Positions 1 through 9,700 of a stretch of DNA of 64,000 bases are shown here, one piece after another (position 1 is the first letter of the stretch; each line of letters begins with the position of its first letter). The DNA is from Bacilli bacterium (GTDB lineage: Bacteria; Bacillota_I; Bacilli_A; RFN20; CAG-826): NCBI GenBank assembly GCA_045597865.1, contig JAZLKX010000057.1, positions 22,321-86,320 of the forward strand. The letters are read 5' to 3'. The notes under the pieces are model-generated. The model did not search any database and had not been told where the DNA came from. It saw only the letters and a list, made by a program, of their open reading frames with translations. A program made the position numbers and the translations under genes.

Positions 1-2
1 GA

Positions 3-239
3 ATTGCAGCAATTCGTAAAGCTCGTGCTGAAAAGCAAGAAAGATTCGAAAAAGCACAACAATTCAGAAAGCAAAGAGAAGAAGCAAAAGCTGCTAAAGC
101 AGAAGCTCCAAAAGCAGAAGCGCCAGCAGAAGAAGCAAAAGCTGAAGTAAAAGAAGAAAAACCAGCTGAAGAAAAGAAAGCCCCAGCAAAGAAAGCTCCA
201 GCAAAAAAGGCTCCAGCAAAGAAAGCTGAGGAAAAATAA
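3..239 (+). CDS. rpsB: 3' end of 30S ribosomal protein S2 (partial; Ala/Lys/Glu/Pro-rich tail)
   Basis: Open frame IAAIRKARAEKQERF...APAKKAPAKKAEEK* ends 2 nt before tsf. Call rests on the conserved rpsB-tsf-pyrH-frr order; the S2 core is outside the window. Confidence 0.75.
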   Translation: MAAIRKARAEKQERFEKAQQFRKQREEAKAAKAEAPKAEAPAEEAKAEVKEEKPAEEKKAPAKKAPAKKAPAKKAEEK

Positions 240-241
240 TT

Positions 242-1108
242 ATGCCAAGCATGATTGAACTCATTAAGGAATTACGTGACCGTACAGGCGCAGGCATGAT
301 GGACTGCAAAAAAGCTCTTGAAGCTACAGGTTCAGATGTTGAAAAAGCAATTGACTGGTTACGTGAAAAAGGCATCGCAAAAGCTCAAGCAAAATCATCA
401 AGAATTGCTGCTGAAGGTTTAGCAGGTGTCGTTGTCGATGGCGATAAAGCAGTTATTCTTGAAGTTAACTGTGAAACCGACTTCGTCGCAAAAGGCGACA
501 AATTCCATCAACTAGTTGATGATGCCGCCAAAAACACATTAGCAAACAACTATGCATCAATTGAAGATGCAAAAGTTGGTTGCGCTCAACTTTTCACCGA
601 TGCAACAGTTTCCATGGGTGAAAAGCTTGATTACCGCCGCTTTGAACTCGTTTCAAAAGCAGCAGGTAATGGTTTTGGTTCTTACATCCACATGGGTGGT
701 AAGATCGCAACCTTAGTTATCCTTGAAAAGGATGATGCAGAACTCGCAAAAGGTCTTGCAATGCACATTGCTGCCAACGCTCCAAAGTATGTTGTTGACA
801 GTGAAATTCCAGCAGATGTTATTGCTCACGAAAAAGCAATCGCTATGGAAAATATGAAAGCAGATCCAAAGATGGCTGGTAAACCAGAAGCTATGTTAAA
901 TGGCATTTGCGATGGAAAAGTTAAGAAATTACTTTCTGAATCAGTCTTAGCCGCACAAGTTTACTTACTTGATGGCGAAAAGACAGTTGCCAATGTCCTT
1001 AAGGAAAAAGGCAACAGCGTTATTAAATTCATTCGTTTCGCTGTAGGCGAAGGAATTGAAAAACGTAAAGATGACTTTGCTGCAGAAGTAATGTCACAAG
1101 TTAAATAA
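242..1108 (+). CDS. tsf: Elongation factor Ts
   Basis: IKELRDRTGAGMMDCKKAL, EVNCETDFVA, AMHIAA motifs. Confidence 0.98.
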   Translation: MPSMIELIKELRDRTGAGMMDCKKALEATGSDVEKAIDWLREKGIAKAQAKSSRIAAEGLAGVVVDGDKAVILEVNCETDFVAKGDKFHQLVDDAAKNTLANNYASIEDAKVGCAQLFTDATVSMGEKLDYRRFELVSKAAGNGFGSYIHMGGKIATLVILEKDDAELAKGLAMHIAANAPKYVVDSEIPADVIAHEKAIAMENMKADPKMAGKPEAMLNGICDGKVKKLLSESVLAAQVYLLDGEKTVANVLKEKGNSVIKFIRFAVGEGIEKRKDDFAAEVMSQVK

Positions 1109-1123
1109 TTTGAAAGGAGCCTT

Positions 1124-1834
1124 ATGTATTCAAGAATCTTAGTTAAACTATCTGGCGAGTCTCTTGCTGGAAAAGGTAAAGAAGGAATCATTGAAAGTGA
1201 GGCTCTTTTAAATTCTGCAAAAGTAGTTAAAGCAATCGCTGACAAAGGAATTCAAGTTACAGTTGTTATTGGTGCTGGCAATATTTGCCGTGGTTCCATT
1301 ATTGAAAAAACCGGAATTGACCGTGTCAGCGGTGACTACATGGGAATGCTTGGTACAGTTATCAACTGTATCGCATTAAAAGAAGCTTTAGTTAAACTTG
1401 GACAAAAAGCTGTTGTTTTATCAGCAGTTGATGTCACATTTGCTGAAACTTATTCCCCAGAAGTTGCGGACAAATATTTGAAAGAAAATTATGTTGTAAT
1501 GTTTGGTGCCGGCACTGGTAAACCATTCTTCACAACAGATACATGCGCAACACTACGTGCTATTGAAATTGGCGCAAATGCTATTTTAATAGCAAAGAAT
1601 GGTGTTGATGGCATTTATTCAGATGATCCAAGATTCAACAAAGACGCAAAACTTTACAAAGAAATCAAGTGCTCTGAAATCATTGCAAAAGATCTCAAAG
1701 TAATGGATTTAACAGCTGTCGAAATGTTGAAAGATAAAGATATTGATGTTCGTGTGTTTAACGCTTCAAAACCTGAAAATTTCCTTAAGGCAGCAAGCGG
1801 AGAAGACATCGGAACAACAATTAAGAAAGGATAA
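1124..1834 (+). CDS. pyrH: UMP kinase
   Basis: ILVKLSGESL, DYMGMLGT, GTGKPFFTTD, VDGIYSDDP; GGAG RBS. Confidence 0.97.
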   Translation: MYSRILVKLSGESLAGKGKEGIIESEALLNSAKVVKAIADKGIQVTVVIGAGNICRGSIIEKTGIDRVSGDYMGMLGTVINCIALKEALVKLGQKAVVLSAVDVTFAETYSPEVADKYLKENYVVMFGAGTGKPFFTTDTCATLRAIEIGANAILIAKNGVDGIYSDDPRFNKDAKLYKEIKCSEIIAKDLKVMDLTAVEMLKDKDIDVRVFNASKPENFLKAASGEDIGTTIKKG

Positions 1835-1838
1835 GAAA

Positions 1839-2384
1839 ATGGACCCAATCGCATTAGAAGCAAAAGAAAGCATGGGAAAAACAATTCAAGCTTTCCAAAA
1901 TGAACTTACAACACTTAGAACCGGAAGAGCTACACCAGCAATGTTAGACAGAGTTGAGTGTGAATATTACGGAGATAAAATTGCAGTTAATCAAATCTCT
2001 TCAATCTCATCTCCAGAGCCACGTCAATTACTCGTTAAACCTTATGATAAAGGCGATGTTAAAAACATTTGTGCTGCAATAGCAGCAGCTAACCTTGGTG
2101 TTAACCCAATTAACGAAGGTGATTGTATTAGAATTACAATCGCACCTCTAACAGAGGAAACACGCCGTGACTTAGTTAAAAAAGCTAAGGCAATGAGTGA
2201 AGATAGCAAGGTTGCAATTCGTAACATCAGACGTGACTTCATTGATTTAGTTAAAGCAAGTGATGAGATGACTGAAGATCTCCAAAAACGCGTTCAAGAA
2301 GAGATTGAAAACGTTACAAAAGATTCAGTCGCTGAAATCGATTCAATTCTTGCCAAAAAAGAATCAGAAATTATGGCAATATAA
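1839..2384 (+). CDS. frr: Ribosome recycling factor
   Basis: LRTGRATPAML, PLTEETRRDLVK, KVAIRNIRR; start moved to ATG 1839 after pyrH stop and AAAGGA. Confidence 0.97.
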   Translation: MDPIALEAKESMGKTIQAFQNELTTLRTGRATPAMLDRVECEYYGDKIAVNQISSISSPEPRQLLVKPYDKGDVKNICAAIAAANLGVNPINEGDCIRITIAPLTEETRRDLVKKAKAMSEDSKVAIRNIRRDFIDLVKASDEMTEDLQKRVQEEIENVTKDSVAEIDSILAKKESEIMAI

Positions 2385-2412
2385 GAGAGGCTAATGCTTC
2401 TCTTTTCTTTTT
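2384..2412 (+). terminator. Rho-independent terminator
   Basis: AGAGAGGC-TAAT-GCTTCTCT stem followed by a T-rich tract. Confidence 0.7.
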
Positions 2413-2447
2413 ATTAAAGAATTCATCACATTATTTTGCTTATACGC

Positions 2448-2477
2448 TTGCAACATTTTCGTGTGCCTGTGTATAAT
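2448..2477 (+). promoter_or_regulatory. Sigma-A promoter of uppS operon
   Basis: TTGCAA (2448) - 18 nt - TATAAT (2472) preceded by TGTG; ATG 9 nt downstream with no SD. Confidence 0.7.
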
Positions 2478-2486
2478 ATACGCACT

Positions 2487-3227
2487 ATGGCAAACGAGAT
2501 TACTTTAAATAAACCAATTAATCATGTTGCAATTATCATGGATGGCAACGGTAGATGGGCTAAAAAACGTGGACTTCCAAGAACAATGGGCCATAAAGAA
2601 GCCTGCAATAGAATTGTTGAAATTTTCGACTACTGTGTTGACTATGGAATTAAAATAGTATCGTTTTATGCTTTCTCAACCGAAAACTGGAAACGACCAG
2701 CTTCCGAAATTAAGTTTTTATTCCAATACCTTGAAATATTTTTTAAGCGCGAAATAAACAAAATTATGAAAGATGGAACCAGGATTATTGTTTCTGGTGA
2801 TATTTCAAAATTGCCGGCAAAAACTAGGAAAACTACTGAAGAGGCAATTGAAAAAACAAAAAATAATAAGAACTATGTAATGAATATTTGCCTTAATTAT
2901 GGTGGTAAAGAAGAACTTACTAGAGCCGCTAAATTAATTGCAGAAGAAGTTAAAGATGGAAAACTAGCTCTTGAAGATATAAATGAGCAAGTTATGGAAA
3001 ATCACCTTTACACAGCCGGACTACCGAATGTTGATTTAATGATTAGGACAAGCGGTGAAGTTAGAACATCAAATTTCTTACCATGGCAAATAGCATATGC
3101 AGAATATGTGTTCACACCAGTATTATTCCCTGATTTTAAAAGAAAAGAATTTGTCGATTGTTTGATCGAATTTAATAAACGTAATAGAAGATATGGAGGG
3201 CTAGACAATGAAAAAATTAACAAATGA
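2487..3227 (+). CDS. uppS: Undecaprenyl/polyprenyl diphosphate synthase
   Basis: HVAIIMDGNGRWA, YAFSTENWKRP, IRTSGEVRTSNFLPWQ. Confidence 0.97.
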   Translation: MANEITLNKPINHVAIIMDGNGRWAKKRGLPRTMGHKEACNRIVEIFDYCVDYGIKIVSFYAFSTENWKRPASEIKFLFQYLEIFFKREINKIMKDGTRIIVSGDISKLPAKTRKTTEEAIEKTKNNKNYVMNICLNYGGKEELTRAAKLIAEEVKDGKLALEDINEQVMENHLYTAGLPNVDLMIRTSGEVRTSNFLPWQIAYAEYVFTPVLFPDFKRKEFVDCLIEFNKRNRRYGGLDNEKINK

Positions 3228-4239
3228 AATTAGCGGTTCAGCTAAAAAATCAATGTTAACCAGAATCATTACTGGTGCTGTTTTAGCAATTGTTTGTATT
3301 CCTTGTTTAGTTCTTGGATCTTGGTGGTTTCTTGGATTAACTGTAATCATTACTTTTTTTGCCGCATTTGAAATTGTTAAAGTAACCAATCTAAAAGGAT
3401 TAATCAAAATATTAATTTATTTCTTAACAATTATATTTGCTCTAGGAATTATTTATTATTGTATGTTTTCTAAAAACATAGAGCTGATACAAGAAAAGGG
3501 TGGAGCAGCATTTGAAAATAAAGATTTCTTAATGAATTCTTTTGATAATATTACTCTATCAATAATGCTCATCACATTTATGTGTGCTGTTTATTTTCTT
3601 ATTTCATTTGCTGTTGAACCATTCTCAATTGCCTATGTTTTCTACTTCATTTCAATGATTTTGGTTCTTGCAATTGGCATACAATCATTCTTATTTTTAC
3701 GCTTCTCTCCATTCTATTTCTTTAAAAATGAATGGGCTATTGAAGCTCCACTAAAAATTTATACTGATGAATTTAAATATGGGCAATCCATGTTCTTATT
3801 TATTTACGTTATTCTAGGAACAATTATGAATGACATTGGAGCCTATTTCATTGGTTTACTTTTCGGTAAACATAAAATGAATGAACGTATTTCTCCTAAA
3901 AAGACATGGGAAGGATTTGTTGGTGGTGTTGTATTTAGTTTAATTTCATCAATTACATTTGCTCTTATCTGTGCCGCTGTTGGTAAACCAATTCTTCCTA
4001 TTTTTGATTTATCACATCTTTACTTCTTAATTATCATTTCAATTCTTTTACCTCTTGTTGCTGATGTTGGGGACTTCGTTTTCTCCTCAGTTAAAAGATC
4101 CTTTGGAGTTAAAGACTTCTCACAATTGCTTCCTGGACACGGTGGCATTCTTGATAGAATTGATTCTCTTATCTTCGCTTCAGCACTCGTTTCTTGTTTA
4201 ATTATTTTCATAAATCTTATTCTTAACGGAGCCGTATAA
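3208..4239 (+). CDS. cdsA: Phosphatidate cytidylyltransferase
   Basis: DIGAYFIG, SPKKTWEG, VKDFSQLLPGHGGILDRIDS; polytopic membrane protein. Confidence 0.96.
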   Translation: MKKLTNEISGSAKKSMLTRIITGAVLAIVCIPCLVLGSWWFLGLTVIITFFAAFEIVKVTNLKGLIKILIYFLTIIFALGIIYYCMFSKNIELIQEKGGAAFENKDFLMNSFDNITLSIMLITFMCAVYFLISFAVEPFSIAYVFYFISMILVLAIGIQSFLFLRFSPFYFFKNEWAIEAPLKIYTDEFKYGQSMFLFIYVILGTIMNDIGAYFIGLLFGKHKMNERISPKKTWEGFVGGVVFSLISSITFALICAAVGKPILPIFDLSHLYFLIIISILLPLVADVGDFVFSSVKRSFGVKDFSQLLPGHGGILDRIDSLIFASALVSCLIIFINLILNGAV

Positions 4240-5381
4240 TGGATCAAGCAAAGAAAGTTCTATTACTAGGAGCTTCTGGATCTATTGGTGGTCAAACCAT
4301 TGATATAATCAATGAAGCTAATGGTAAGTTTATCCTTACCGCTTTTTCAGTTGGGAATAAGTGGGAAGTAGCAAAGGAACTTCTTGAGAAATACAAAACA
4401 GTAAAACATGTTTATATAAAAAGCTTTAATAACGCAAAAAGATTACATAAACTATTCCCACATGTAAAATTCTACTTTGGAAAGCGTGGATTAGCTTCAA
4501 TTACACGCAGAGTGAATTTTGATATTTGTGTTGACGCGCTAGTCGGCTTTGTTGGATTAGAACCAGCGATTATTGCATTAAAGCGTAATAAAATTCTTTG
4601 CTTAGCAAATAAAGAAGCATTAGTTGCAGGCGGAACAATTATTAACGATTTGCTTTCCAAAGGAAAAGGAAAGCTATTCCCAATTGATTCTGAGCACGTT
4701 GCTTTAGCAAAATGTTTAGCCAATTGCGACTCTAAAGACGTTAAGCGTTTAATTATAACTGCATCTGGTGGAGCTTTAAGAAATGTTCCGTTAGATAAAC
4801 TTTCAGAAGTTAAGGCTGAAGATGCTTTAAAACATCCAACTTGGAAAATGGGAAATAAAATTACAATCGATTGTGCAACCATGATGAACAAAGGTTTTGA
4901 AATTATTGAAGCCTTCTATCTTTATGGCTATCCTCTAGATAAAATTTATGTTCAAATGCACGATGAATCGCTTGTTCATTCTGCTGTCGAATTAAACGAT
5001 GGCACTTTAATTGTGGATTATGGAAAACCTGATATGCATAATCCAATCAGATGGGCTCTTTATGAAGGAAAATGTGAATATGAAGTTCTTAAAATTAAGT
5101 CCTTTAGTGAATTGAAAGATTGCCATTTCCATGATTATGATCCTAATAGATATCCATGCACTGAAATTGCAAAACAGTCTTTATTGGCTGGCGCTTCTAA
5201 AATGATTGCACTTAATGCCGCTAATGAAGTTTTAGTGCATAAATATTTAAGAGATGAGATTAAATTTTTAGACATCGCAAAAAATGTTGAAATTGCAGTA
5301 AATAACACAAAAATCCATGCAAAACCTTCATTATTTCAGGTTAAACGCATTGATAGAATTGTGAGAAAGGCGGTGGAATAA
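4239..5381 (+). CDS. dxr: 1-deoxy-D-xylulose-5-phosphate reductoisomerase
   Basis: LLGASGSIG, LANKEALV, PIDSEH, HPTWKMGNKITIDCATMMNKG. Confidence 0.96.
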   Translation: MDQAKKVLLLGASGSIGGQTIDIINEANGKFILTAFSVGNKWEVAKELLEKYKTVKHVYIKSFNNAKRLHKLFPHVKFYFGKRGLASITRRVNFDICVDALVGFVGLEPAIIALKRNKILCLANKEALVAGGTIINDLLSKGKGKLFPIDSEHVALAKCLANCDSKDVKRLIITASGGALRNVPLDKLSEVKAEDALKHPTWKMGNKITIDCATMMNKGFEIIEAFYLYGYPLDKIYVQMHDESLVHSAVELNDGTLIVDYGKPDMHNPIRWALYEGKCEYEVLKIKSFSELKDCHFHDYDPNRYPCTEIAKQSLLAGASKMIALNAANEVLVHKYLRDEIKFLDIAKNVEIAVNNTKIHAKPSLFQVKRIDRIVRKAVE

Positions 5382-6757
5382 TGGCTTGGTATGAATGGCT
5401 TTTATCAGCTTTATTATTTATCATTTCGCTCGGCGCCTTAATAACAATTCATGAAGCTGGACACCTTTCAATGGCAAAAGTTTTTAAAGTCTATTGTCAT
5501 GAATTTTCTATTGGTTTTGGTCCTAAACTTTTACGTGTCAGAAAGAAAGGACACGAAACATATTTTGCAGTTAGAGGAATTCCTCTCGGCGGTTATGTTT
5601 CAATGTATGGCGAAGGAGCAGAAGAGCTTCCAGAATTTAAAGATATTCCACAAGAACGTTCCTTAGAAGGCATTAAGAAGTGGAAGAAAGCTATTATTGT
5701 TTCTGCTGGTGTTATTTTGAATGCTATTTTGGCGTTTGTTTTAATTTTGATTTCAAATATGTGTTTTCCAGTAATGGGTCATACAACTCGTACTGTAATC
5801 GCAGAAAATTCTATTGCTGCCACAGTTGGCGTTAAGACAAATGACAGATTGAATTTTATTTATCCATCTGAGTGTTTTAAGGACGAAAGTATTTATCCAA
5901 TTGAATATGATTACACAACAAGCGATAAGCTAATTCACGCTGGCAATTTTTATATTGTTGATAATTCAATTGAGATGATTCCTGAAGCAACACCGGGGGT
6001 AGTTAAGCATTTTTCATTAGTTTTTATGTTTAATGGAAACAAAGATAGTTCCAACTTCTGTGATTGCATTAAACTTCTACCAGCTGTTACAAAAGACGAA
6101 ATTAGAAATAATGAATATTTAATTGGGAATAAGTTCTATGCTTCTTGGATTGAGGAAGAAGGAAGTCCAGAATATTATCCAGACTTTACTGTTTCAACTT
6201 ACACACCTAGCGAGAAAACCACTTTTGTTACTCATTTAAGTTTCCAGGCAGAAGATGAAACTTCTTATTCAAAAGAATTTACGTTATCAACTGTTGCTGA
6301 TGGATCTAAGTACAAGTTTGCTGACATTGGTATTTCTTTCCCAGTAATTAAACAATGGTTACCTGTAGGCGATAGATTTAAACAAACATTTGTGGATTAT
6401 GGAAATGCTGCAAGTGCAGTCTTTAGAGGAATAGGAGTGTTATTTACTGGTGGTATTAAAAATATGTCCGGCATAGTAGGAATTTTTGAAACCAGTGCTA
6501 CCTTATTCTCTAATTATACATTTGCTACCTATTTATATTTCTGGGGTTTAATTTCGGTCAACTTAGCTATCTTTAACTTATTGCCGTTCCCTGGTTTAGA
6601 TGGATGGCAGTTACTTGTTACTGCAATTGAAGGAATTAGCAAAAAGAAAATCCCTAATAAATTTAAACAAATTATGTCATTAATTGGACTTGCATTATTG
6701 TTTGTATTAATGATTGCTATTGTCGTATTAGATATTGTAAGGATTGTGGGGGTATAA
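5381..6757 (+). CDS. rseP: RseP-like M50 intramembrane zinc protease
   Basis: HEAGH zinc motif, EFSIGFGP, IPLGGYV, FNLLPFPGLDG; conserved position after dxr. Confidence 0.93.
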   Translation: MAWYEWLLSALLFIISLGALITIHEAGHLSMAKVFKVYCHEFSIGFGPKLLRVRKKGHETYFAVRGIPLGGYVSMYGEGAEELPEFKDIPQERSLEGIKKWKKAIIVSAGVILNAILAFVLILISNMCFPVMGHTTRTVIAENSIAATVGVKTNDRLNFIYPSECFKDESIYPIEYDYTTSDKLIHAGNFYIVDNSIEMIPEATPGVVKHFSLVFMFNGNKDSSNFCDCIKLLPAVTKDEIRNNEYLIGNKFYASWIEEEGSPEYYPDFTVSTYTPSEKTTFVTHLSFQAEDETSYSKEFTLSTVADGSKYKFADIGISFPVIKQWLPVGDRFKQTFVDYGNAASAVFRGIGVLFTGGIKNMSGIVGIFETSATLFSNYTFATYLYFWGLISVNLAIFNLLPFPGLDGWQLLVTAIEGISKKKIPNKFKQIMSLIGLALLFVLMIAIVVLDIVRIVGV

Positions 6758-6759
6758 AA

Positions 6760-9700
6760 ATGAATGACAAAATGATTAGATTTCTAACTTCAATCAAGCT
6801 CGAAAACCTTGATCGTTTTGATATGGATTTTGATCTTGTTACCCGCAATCAATTTAAGCGCGAGCAAGTCGATATGTTGATTGTGAAAAACACACCTTGG
6901 GATGCAGATCTCCTAGAGGAATTCCAAGATGCCCTCGAAACAATTCAGTACCCATATTCCATGAAATTTTCTTACGTTAAAAAACCAACAAGTTTTGATG
7001 GAGAAAAATTGTTTGAAAATTGGCATTATAGACATAATCACTATAAGAGCGATTTAAAGGTCAAAGCAAACGGATCTGACATTGCTTTCTACTTCGATGA
7101 TGAAGAACAAAAAGAAAAGAATAAATCTGTTGTTAAAGACTTCAAAGAGTTCCTTGACTTTATTGGCTACAAATTAAAAATAGTGGAGATTTTAAGCGAA
7201 AAAACCCCTGAAATCCCGAATATTTCTAAAAATGATGAACCAGTAAAAGTTGAGATTACCAAAGAAGAAGAAAGCGCAATTAATGCTTATAAAACCACAA
7301 TTTCTGAAATGCGTCATGATAAGGAATTGCATGCTAAAGGACAATCTTGGAGAGATAGAATTCCTTATAAGAAAATTGATGATTTTTCAACGATTGATGA
7401 GAACTGTTCAAATGTAGATATTGAAGGTCAATTATATGGCATTGATAAACCAAAAATTATTAAATCTGGATTAACACTTTTGACATGCGGAATTGGTAAA
7501 GGCGACACAGGTATTTCTCTTAAGATTATGGAGAACGAACATGACTCTGCTGAACTCATTGAATCTCTTAAAAACGAGATGTGGGTTAGAGTTCTTGGAT
7601 ACGTCCAGAGAGATACATTTAAAAATACTATTGTTATTGATGTTAGAGCAATTACTCCAATCGAAGGACCTGAACTTAGAAAAGATGAAGAACCTGAGAA
7701 ACGTGTTGAGCTACATTTACATACAAAAATGTCATCAATGGATGGTGTTACAAGCATCGATAACTATATTAAGCTTGCTAAAAACATGGGTCACAAGGCC
7801 TTAGCTTTAACTGACCACGGTGTTGTTCAAGCTTTCCCAACTGCTCAAAATGTAGTTAATGATATTTATAAAAAAGATTGCGATAAAGCAAAAGCAAACA
7901 ATCTTCCTATGCCAGAAAAATTAAAAATTCTTTATGGCTGTGAATTTTATGCGGTTAATGATGAACTTCCATTCGCATTAAATCCTGTGGATGTTCCATT
8001 AAATAAAGCTACATATGTTGTATTCGACTTAGAAACAACCGGTCTTTCAACTAGATACGATTCAATAACCGAGTTTGGTGGTATTCGTTTTGAAAACGGC
8101 CAAATTGTTAAGTCTTTAGACTTACTCATCAATCCTGGAAGACCAATTCCTCAAAAGATTGTTGAAAAAACACACATTACAAACGAAATGGTTGCAGATA
8201 AGCCTCATATTGAGGATGTTATTGATCAAATCCTTGAATTTATGGATGGTGCAATCATCGTTTCACATAACATTACATTCGACTACGGCTTCTTAAAGGA
8301 GGTCATGAAAAAACTTGGTAGGGGAGAATTTATTAAACCTGCTATTGATACACTTTCATTATCTCGTTATATGTTCCCAGATGCTAATGCTCATAGATTA
8401 GGAAACTTATCTAGACACTTAGGCATGGATATTTATAATGATGAAGAAGCTCACCGTGCTGATTACGATGCTCGTATTTTAAATGATGTTTGGCTTGCTA
8501 TGTTAGCTAAGCTAACAAAGAATAACGAAAATCTCAAACATAGTGATTTAGCAAAGATTAAATCTACAAACGCTATGCTTAAGCATATGCGTGCTTCTCA
8601 CGTTACAGCACTTGCTAAAAATGAAGCCGGTGTCAAAGATATGTTTGAATTAGTTTCATTGTCTCACATCAATTACCTTGCAGATGTTCCAAAAACACCA
8701 AAACGTGAAATTGCTAGATTAAGAGAAAATCTATTGCTTGGTTCAGCTTGCTGCAATGGTGATATTTTTGAAATAGAAATGACCAGATCAAAGGAAGAAT
8801 TAATTGAAGCAATGAAATTCTTCGATTTTATCGAAGTTCAACCTCCTGAGAACTATATGCACTTGGTAAATAGAGGTGTAATTGATTCTATTGATAAGGT
8901 TAAAGTCTTTATTACTGATATTGTTGAAACCGCACAATCAATTGGCAAAATTGTTGTCGCAACTGGTGATGTTCACTATGCAAACCCAGAAGACAAGATT
9001 AGCCGTGATATTTATATTTCAGCCAAAGCTGTAGGTGGTAAATACCATCCACTCCGTATGAGAGATCCAAATATTGAAAATCCAAATCAACATTTTAGAA
9101 CTACTCGCGAGATGCTTGATGCGTTTGAGTTCTTAGGCAAAGATAAAGCCTATGAAATTGTTATCAAGAACACGAATCTCATTGCTGATATGTGCGAAGC
9201 TATAGATCCAATTCATGATTTACTTTGTAAACCAGAGATTGAAAATTCGGACAAAATACTTGTTGATTCATGTTTTAGTAAAGCTAGAGAGCTCTTTGGC
9301 GATGATTTACCACAAGATATTGTTGATAGATTAAATAAAGAACTAGATGGTATTAATGGTAATGGTTATTCAGTTACCTATTACATTGCTCATGAGATTA
9401 TTGAAACAGCCGCTAGAGACGGCTATATGGTTGGCTCACGTGGATCTGTCGGATCCTCGCTTGCAGCCCACTTGTATGGCATTACTGAAGTCAACCCATT
9501 AGCACCTCATTATAGATGTCCAAAGTGTAGACATTTTGAGTATTCGCACGACCCGTCTATATACTCAGGCTCAGATTTGCCAGAGAAAAAATGCCCTGTT
9601 TGTGGTGAACCGATGGTCCATGATGGACAAGATATTCCATTTGAAACATTCTTAGGTTTCCATGCTGAAAAAGTTCCAGATATCGACCTTAACTTCCCTT

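Noticed and set aside
94-375. Leu-rich minus-strand ORF and similar antisense ORFs (e.g. 961-1245, 4472-4891, 48703-49275, 56212-56589)
   Set aside because: Shadows of well-supported genes on the opposite strand, with no recognisable motif
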